From assembly GCA_051942245.1 (NCBI GenBank), contig JAVECL010000001.1:62001-126000 (forward strand): a DNA stretch of 64,000 bases. Reading direction: 5' to 3'. The notes beneath the pieces were generated by a model. It made no database searches, was not told the DNA's origin, and saw only the letters and a list, made by a program, of their open reading frames with translations. The stretch comes from Trypethelium eluteriae (lineage: Eukaryota). The position numbers were made by a program, and so were the translations under genes. Positions 57,744 to 64,000 of this stretch are shown here, one piece after another. Positions within the stretch are counted from its first letter, which is position 1, and every line of letters starts with the position of its first letter.

Positions 57744-59360
57744 ATGAACGGAACAGTACATTCTTTCCTGAATCCTAGAATCTGCAAATTTTCTTTTCCG
57801 CAGAAATCCTGGGTTTCCCCAAGAACTCCCCCTACAAGAGCCTTCGTAACAAGCACAATGAGGTCAGATCCATTTCGGCCAGCCCAGAGGGTGGCAGGTC
57901 AAAGGCAAGATGTTTGGTATAGTTTACATCCTCGCAACTTCGGCGTGCCTTTCCTTAATACTGTTAGGTCAATTATCAATGAGGCAGCAGCAGCTTCTCC
58001 CGTGCAACCTATCGTTAATATGGGCCAGGGCTTCTTTGGCTACAATCCTCCCAAATTCGTGACTGATGCAGCCAAGGAGGCGTTGGACAAAGTCGACTGC
58101 AATCAATACTCACCCACAAAGGTACTACTATAAATATATCTCTATTCGTCATGATTCTAATATCATACCCTGGAGAAAGTCAATGATCGAATAATATTTT
58201 ACGTATTCGATGTTCACTAAATACCTTACTTAGGGTCGGCCAAGATTAAAAAGAGCCATTGCAAACGCCTACTCACCCTTCTTCGGCCGCACGTTAAATC
58301 CTGATACTGAGGTAACCATAACCACAGGAGCCAATGAAGGCATGCTCTCCGCGTTCATGGCTTTTCTCGAGCCTGGCGACGAAGTCATCGTTTTCGAGCC
58401 CTTCTTCGACCAGTACATATCTAACATTGAGATGCCTGGTGGGAGACTCGTCTATGTGCCTATTCATCCTCCAGCATCTGGTTCCACGAAGACGCAATCT
58501 GCGGGGAAGTGGAGGATCGACATGGATGAAGTGAAGGCAAGGATCAGCGACAAGACTCGGATGATTGTCCTGAACTCACCGCACAATCCCATCGGCAAGG
58601 TATTCTCAGAGCACGAACTAAGAGAGATTGGGGAATTGTGCGTGGAGCATAACATCCTCATACTCAGTGATGAAGTTTACGACCGACTGTACTACACGCC
58701 ATTCACGCGCATCGCCACACTTTCGCCGAAAATTGCTGATCTGACCCTGACAGTCGGAAGTGGAGGGAAGAACTTTTACGCTACAGGATGGCGGGTAGGC
58801 TGGCTGATAGGACCCGAGCATCTGATCAAGTATGTGAGCGCAGCACATACGCGGATTTGCTATAGCAGTGTTAGTCCACTGCAAGAAGCCACAGCGATTG
58901 GCTTCGAGAAGGCAGACGAAATGGGTTTCTGGGAGGAAAGCGTGAAGGAGATGAAGGGGAAGATGGACCGATTTAACCGAGTGTGGTCAGAATTGGGTCT
59001 TCCCGTAGGCCTCCCCGTATATCTGAAGACACAGCTCTTGGAAAAACTCGACTAATTCTAAGAGCTTAGTATTCAGATCCGGAGGGCGGGTACTTTGTCC
59101 TCGTCAACATGGCGAAAGTCAAGCTACCTTCGGACTACAAATTTCCCCCGCATGTCGCCGAACGTCCTCGAGACTTCAAGCTGGCCTGGTTCCTGATTAT
59201 GGAAATTGGGGTCGCTGCAATACCGCCGACAGAATTTTTCACGCCAGGAAATGCTCACATAGTCGAAGACTATATGCGATTTGCCGTGTGTAAGGATGAC
59301 AGTGTGTTGGAAACAGCAAAAGAGAGGTTGAGGGGACTCAAACAATACATTGTGCAATGA
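57744..59360 (+). CDS. BNA3: Kynurenine aminotransferase (class I/II PLP), 4 exons
   Basis: NMGQGFF, NQYSPTK|GRPRL, TTGANEG, NSPHNPIGK, SDEVY and SGGKNFYATGWRVGW. Introns 57917-57967, 58122-58233 and 59005-59069. A second in-frame ATG lies at 57858. Confidence 0.92.
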
Positions 59361-59784
59361 TAATAAAAACAATTAGACTCTACTAATAGATGAAGAAGCA
59401 TGTCTGGTGGGCGAGTCCTACGAAGTGTATGGATCGGAGAAGTCCTAGGACTCGTGGGAGTAACATCTAGGTAGTACCACCGTACGGAGTACTCTATCGT
59501 ACCGTGATCTTTGCTGTTCCCAGATTGAAGGCTTTCCTTTGTGCTAGAGAGGTCCGTGCGCATCCGGCCACGCGAATCGGCGAATCCTCAATTTCTTTCA
59601 ACGCCTTCACTCTCCCGGAACATTTTCTCTGCCACCCACCCACCTACCTACTTAGTACACCCCTTCCCCTCAAGTCGCAATCTCCAACGTCCTATCAAGC
59701 TCAACTTTGCTTCGATACCTCCATCACTGCGCATCTTCGCTGCTGGATTCAATTTGCGCTTCACTAGACTTCCAACTTGGCACC

Positions 59785-61585
59785 ATGGCCGCCGGCCAGC
59801 CAGATATCTCTGCCCTGCTGGCTGCTTTAGGTACTTCGCTATCATTCCATCATCGCCTTCACAATTGGGTCTAACCTCAATACCTACACAGCCGCTCAAA
59901 AGCAAGACAGCGCTCAAGCCCAAGCTCAGCAGCCTCCGCAATTGCCATCTGGCTTTCCTGGGGCAACCCACACGGCAACACCCCCAGCAGCGCTTGGAGG
60001 GCTTGCCCTACCTCAGCCTAGCTCTTCCGGAAGTGTTGATATCAGTGCGATCAAGCCATCCAGCTCTGGTCAAATCAACATTAACGACGCCATTGCAAGG
60101 GCAAGAGGATTTGCCCAGTCGCACGGAATCTCGTCTTACGATGGAAGAAGTAGTGCGTAGAGCCGAACCCATTTGAAAAAACTCCAGCGGAGCGAGAACA
60201 GACCTAACTCAGTCACAGATCGAGAAGACCCTCGGGTAGCTAGCCGTTCTTATCGCCGTTCGCGATCTCGTTCACGTTCACCGCCACGGCGCGATCGCGA
60301 TTCCTACCGTGACAGCTTCAATCCTTACCGTGACGAGCGACGTGACGACCCGAGACGAGGTGGGAATCCCTACAGTCGAGATCGTTCCGACTCCCCACCT
60401 CGGGGCCGTGGCACTTATTCACCAGGCTTTAACCGCGGGGTCGGCCGAGATAGATCTCCTCCCGTGAGAGATCACGGAACTGAAACGGTCACGGTCGACT
60501 CGCGCATGGTCGGCCTCATAATCGGCCGCAATGGCGAAAACCTGACCCGAGTCGAGCGCGAAACTGGCGCTCGAGTCCAATTTGTGACTGGCCCCGAGGG
60601 AAGCGGACCACGACGTCAGTGTAAAATTTCCGGCTCCCAGCGACAAAGAGACGATGCCAAACGCGAAATCTATCAGGTCATCGACGACAACGGCGGAAGC
60701 CGTGGTGGCAGCGCCGGAGCCAAAGGCAAAGATAATCAGCCAGCCTTGCGCGAAGGCGAGAATAGCATACAAATCCTGGTGCCCGACCGCACTGTTGGCC
60801 TTATAATAGGTCGGGGGGGAGAAACCATTCGCGATTTACAAGATCGGAGCGGCTGCCACGTGAACATCGTGGGAGAGAATAAAAGCGTGAACGGAATGCG
60901 TCCAGTCAATCTCATTGGCAATCATCAAGCTGCGACTCGAGCAAGGGAGCTTATCATGGAAATCGTCGACAGCGACACGAAAAGCATGGGTACTGGTGTC
61001 ACCACCAGCGCCACCGGCAACCAACGCCAGCAAGGTCGTGCTAACGATATCTTTTACGGCGGAGACCAAGTGGCCGGAGGTAGCGACAAGATTACAGAGT
61101 CCATCATCGTTCCTTCGGATTCAGTCGGCATGATCATTGGGAAGGGCGGCGAGACGATCAAAGACATGCAGAATTTGACAGGCTGCAAGATCAACGTGTC
61201 TCAGCCAAAACCGCCCGATGTCGAACGAGAAATCGGCTTGATCGGCACAAGAAACGCTATCGAAAGCGCAAAACATGCAATCTGGGAAAAGGTTGATAGC
61301 GTAAAGGACAGGTCCGGTCGTGGAGCAAGAGGCCGAGAGACCGACCACTACGGTGGCGACTACTCACAACAACAAGCTCAACAGCCTGCCTATGGAGCTC
61401 CAGGTGGCTCACAAGGTACAAGCAACGATGACCCCAATGCTGCCGGTGACCCGTACGCCCCTTGGGGTGGTTATAACAATTACCTAGCTATGTGGTATGC
61501 CGCCGTTGCGCAACAAGGACAAGGACAGCCAGGACAGATTCCACCAGGCCCAAGTGCCGAACAAGGACCCCCAGGAGCTTCGTGA
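59785..61585 (+). CDS. RS-rich triple-KH-domain RNA-binding protein (FUBP/KHSRP-like), 3 exons
   Basis: ATG at 59785, introns 59831-59891 and 60153-60218. KH loops GLIIGRNGE, GLIIGRGGE and GMIIGKGGE. C-terminal DPYAPWGGYNNYLAMWY. Confidence 0.88.
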
Positions 61586-62509
61586 AGATGACTCAGTGAG
61601 AACGTAACTCGCACGCCTTGACGTGATCATGATTGTGATCTGCTTGACCGCTGCTTGACACCTCTTCGTCTACCATCTTCCAACAACCAAAACTTTTGCG
61701 TGCCAAGTGCTCTGAGTGAATCCTTCTGGATCGATCTGAATACCCTGGGACTCATGACACTAGTCTGCTTCACGTCTGATTTCCCATTCTGAGATTTGAG
61801 ATTTCAACCCCCAATAATTTGCTTTGCATGTGGGCCAAACCTGATCTCGAGTTTCCTGGATCAAACACCCTTCCGATTAATGCTTCACCGTTCCACCATG
61901 GCTCATAATCACGACCCATTCTTGAGCCTGCTTTGATTGAGGTACTGGTTGATTCTCGAACAAGTCACGTCGCTTTGCAATCATTCATTGGGATTAAACC
62001 ATTTTAAGCATGAAACTGCCGAAGAGTCAGTGTCAGTAGCTCGATGACATCGTTTTTACCCTCGACGCAACCTAAGCGTAGCTAACGCCGCTTTTCTATA
62101 ATCTGCCATTATTCTTTCTCAGGGACCAAGAAGGGCCGTCACTTCTCAGCATCATGTGCTGTACGAAAGGTCCCTGCGTAATCATTTTTCTTCTGCGACT
62201 ATAATAGATAATCAGCACCATTATGCATGTCAGACAACCAGTTATGATTATTGACAAGGCGAAAACCTCAAGCGCTTCGGGTTTTCTCCCACGAGTTTGT
62301 TGAAAAGCAGACCTCCCATTCGACCGACATTTCATTTCCAAGTGAACTTTTGACCACTGTCCCCTCTTCCGCATCTTGTACTTAAATTGATTTAATAAAC
62401 GATTTTGTTTGGTCACTATAGAACCTCGCATCTACAAAACCTAGAAGGACATCTATTCTACAGTAATCGGTATATCTGAAGATAAGCCCCAGCCATTGAC
62501 GTTGGAGGA

Positions 62510-63480
62510 TTACTTCTTGCCATCGAACAGTCCTCTGACTTGATCCATGAGTCCACGTCTTTGCTGTATCATCTCTGACTCTCTCTTATTATCGGCCTGC
62601 TCGCCCTCTACGGCTTCCCTTACTTTCTTGTCACCTTCTCTTGCGAGCGTCCCTGGTTCTTCCTGCACCTCCACTGCGGCCTTTCGATCTTCCTCATCCA
62701 AAATCCTGTCAAAAGCCTGTACCTCCCTTTTCGTTTCCTCATCCACCTCTGGCTCCCCAATCGCCTCTGCCCTCTCCTGCAACGCATTTCCCTCGTCAAA
62801 CCCCCTCTTTCCTGTCCCCTCCAATTCCTCCTCCACCGTATCCAGCATCCTCGCACGTCTCGCTTGACCCAGCCAATCCTTCTCCCGTTTCCCAATCCCA
62901 AATCTCTTTCTCATCACCTCGGTCTGCAGGATCCTCCATCTCAGCGCCCACCCCGTTACCCCCAATTCTCGGATCCTTGCGCTCGTATTACTTCCGACCA
63001 AGTACTCATCCAATCCGCCGACTTTGTCGATTGTGCGCAGGACACGTGTGGCAACTCGGAGGCGGACCGGGCGTCCAAGGGCGCGTGAGTAGAGGCTGTG
63101 CGGCTGGATATTGGGATGCCAGGTTCGGCGGGTTTTGATGGCGAATTTCTCGCCGATATTGTTACCGTGTTGGATCATGAGGCCGCCGTAGAGACCTGCA
63201 GGCGAGCTTGTCAGTAGCCCGGCCAGTAGAATAGAGTTGGCGGAAGCAAGGCATAGGAGGCGGTATGGAAGTGACCTTTATTGGATTGCTTAAACCATCG
63301 CGCCGGGCCGTATGGATAATTAGGTATCTCACGCCGGTCTTTAGGAAGCACTCGTCGAAGGGCATTCTTAACGTAGATGGGGCGTGAAGACGTTATAGAG
63401 AAGGAGCGGCAAGTGGACCGTTGCGCTGAGCGAGTACAGCAGACAGCTGCAGGTCTGATTGATGTGCTCGATTGCATCAT
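62510..63480 (-). CDS. MRPL24: Mitochondrial ribosomal protein bL28m (Mrpl24), 2 exons
   Basis: IPNYPYGPARWFKQSNK|GLYGG..GNNI..KTRRTWHPN and RVLRTIDKVGGLDEYL. Intron 63196-63275. Confidence 0.92.
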
Positions 63481-63781
63481 CGAATTTGAGATTGGAGGGG
63501 GAGAAAAATACAAAGACCTCTCCTGGAGCTGCGAGGTCTACGTAGGTGGATGTTAGTGGTGCTGTGGAGTTGCTACACTTGAAAAGTTCCGCCTCGGTGA
63601 ACATTTCGCCGCAATCAAGCTGCCAGACCTACCTAGCTGCCCACTGCTGTTCATACACCACGTCTCTCTCAGGATACTCATAGCGTATTCTAGTCTCTTG
63701 TAATCAAACATGACGACGAGATAGCAGCCCCTTTTGCGAGGCTGTTTACCTAGACAGCATTTAAGTGAAGATTTCGGCTGG

Positions 63782-64000
63782 ATGGCTTTCGTGCCGGATC
63801 GCCCTCCTCCTTCTACTGCGGCCGTGGCCCTTGCTACTGGCATTGTTGGACTAGTCACAGGCTATTTCATCGGACAAGGCTCTTCAATTGGTCTATTTGG
63901 TGGTTCGAAAACGTCAGAGTCAATGCTTGCAAGGGAGCTGGACGAAGATGAAGACGAAGACGAAGACGAAGATGAAGCAGAAGATGCGAAGCAGGAGTTT
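63782..64000 (+). CDS. PTH2: Peptidyl-tRNA hydrolase 2, N-terminus only (runs off the window)
   Basis: MAFVPDRPPPSTAAVALATGIVGLVTGYFIGQGSSIGLF membrane anchor, then a (DE)n tract. This resembles fungal Pth2 N-termini; the catalytic domain lies outside the window. Confidence 0.65.
   Translation, partial: MAFVPDRPPPSTAAVALATGIVGLVTGYFIGQGSSIGLFGGSKTSESMLARELDEDEDEDEDEDEAEDAKQEF

Noticed and set aside
58122..58233. gag|AAA|gtcaat inside BNA3 intron 2, resembling a second 3-nt micro-exon
   Set aside because: The splice signals are weak, and an extra Lys is not needed for the SPTK-GRPRL junction.
59541..60176. 211-aa ORF overlapping the start of the KH-protein gene
   Set aside because: Alternative-frame read of the 5' UTR and exons 1-2, with a non-ATG start and no protein-like features.
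63941..63986. (GACGAA)n-like microsatellite
   Set aside because: It simply encodes the acidic DE linker of the Pth2-like protein.

Overview
Gene-dense, intron-containing chromosomal DNA of a filamentous ascomycete (Pezizomycotina). Introns are mostly 50-80 nt, GT-AG, with CTRAY branch points. No finer taxon can be supported from the sequence alone. About 29 protein-coding loci are recognisable. Housekeeping genes: large Msp1/ATAD1-family AAA ATPase, GET2-like, MRP49, ARMH3/DUF1741, UTP7, TSR1, EAF3, CNL2/NKP2, SEC17, GatF-like, MMS22/Mus7, MGS1, BNA3, a 3xKH RNA-binding protein, MRPL24 and the start of PTH2. Metabolic and secreted genes: xanthine dehydrogenase with a perfect UaY site, a GH5 endoglucanase, a PL1 pectate lyase, a Caps_synth glycosyltransferase, a GPI-anchored Cys-rich protein and a PTH11-like membrane protein. 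The most unusual signals are: (1) two 181-bp fold-back (MITE-like) elements with compensatory changes in both arms, bracketing the pectate lyase and an orphan gene; (2) an otherwise intact epoxide-hydrolase-like gene with one in-frame TAA just before the catalytic Asp; (3) a 3-nt micro-exon in MRP49; (4) a long GC-AG intron in EAF3 holding an in-frame ATG and an MCB motif, which could give a chromodomain-less isoform; (5) a three-exon 82-aa PIGBOS1/Ecm19-like microprotein not recovered intact by the ORF track. No tRNA, rRNA, CRISPR array or transposase was found. Family calls come from remembered motifs, not database searches, and splice sites were read by eye.
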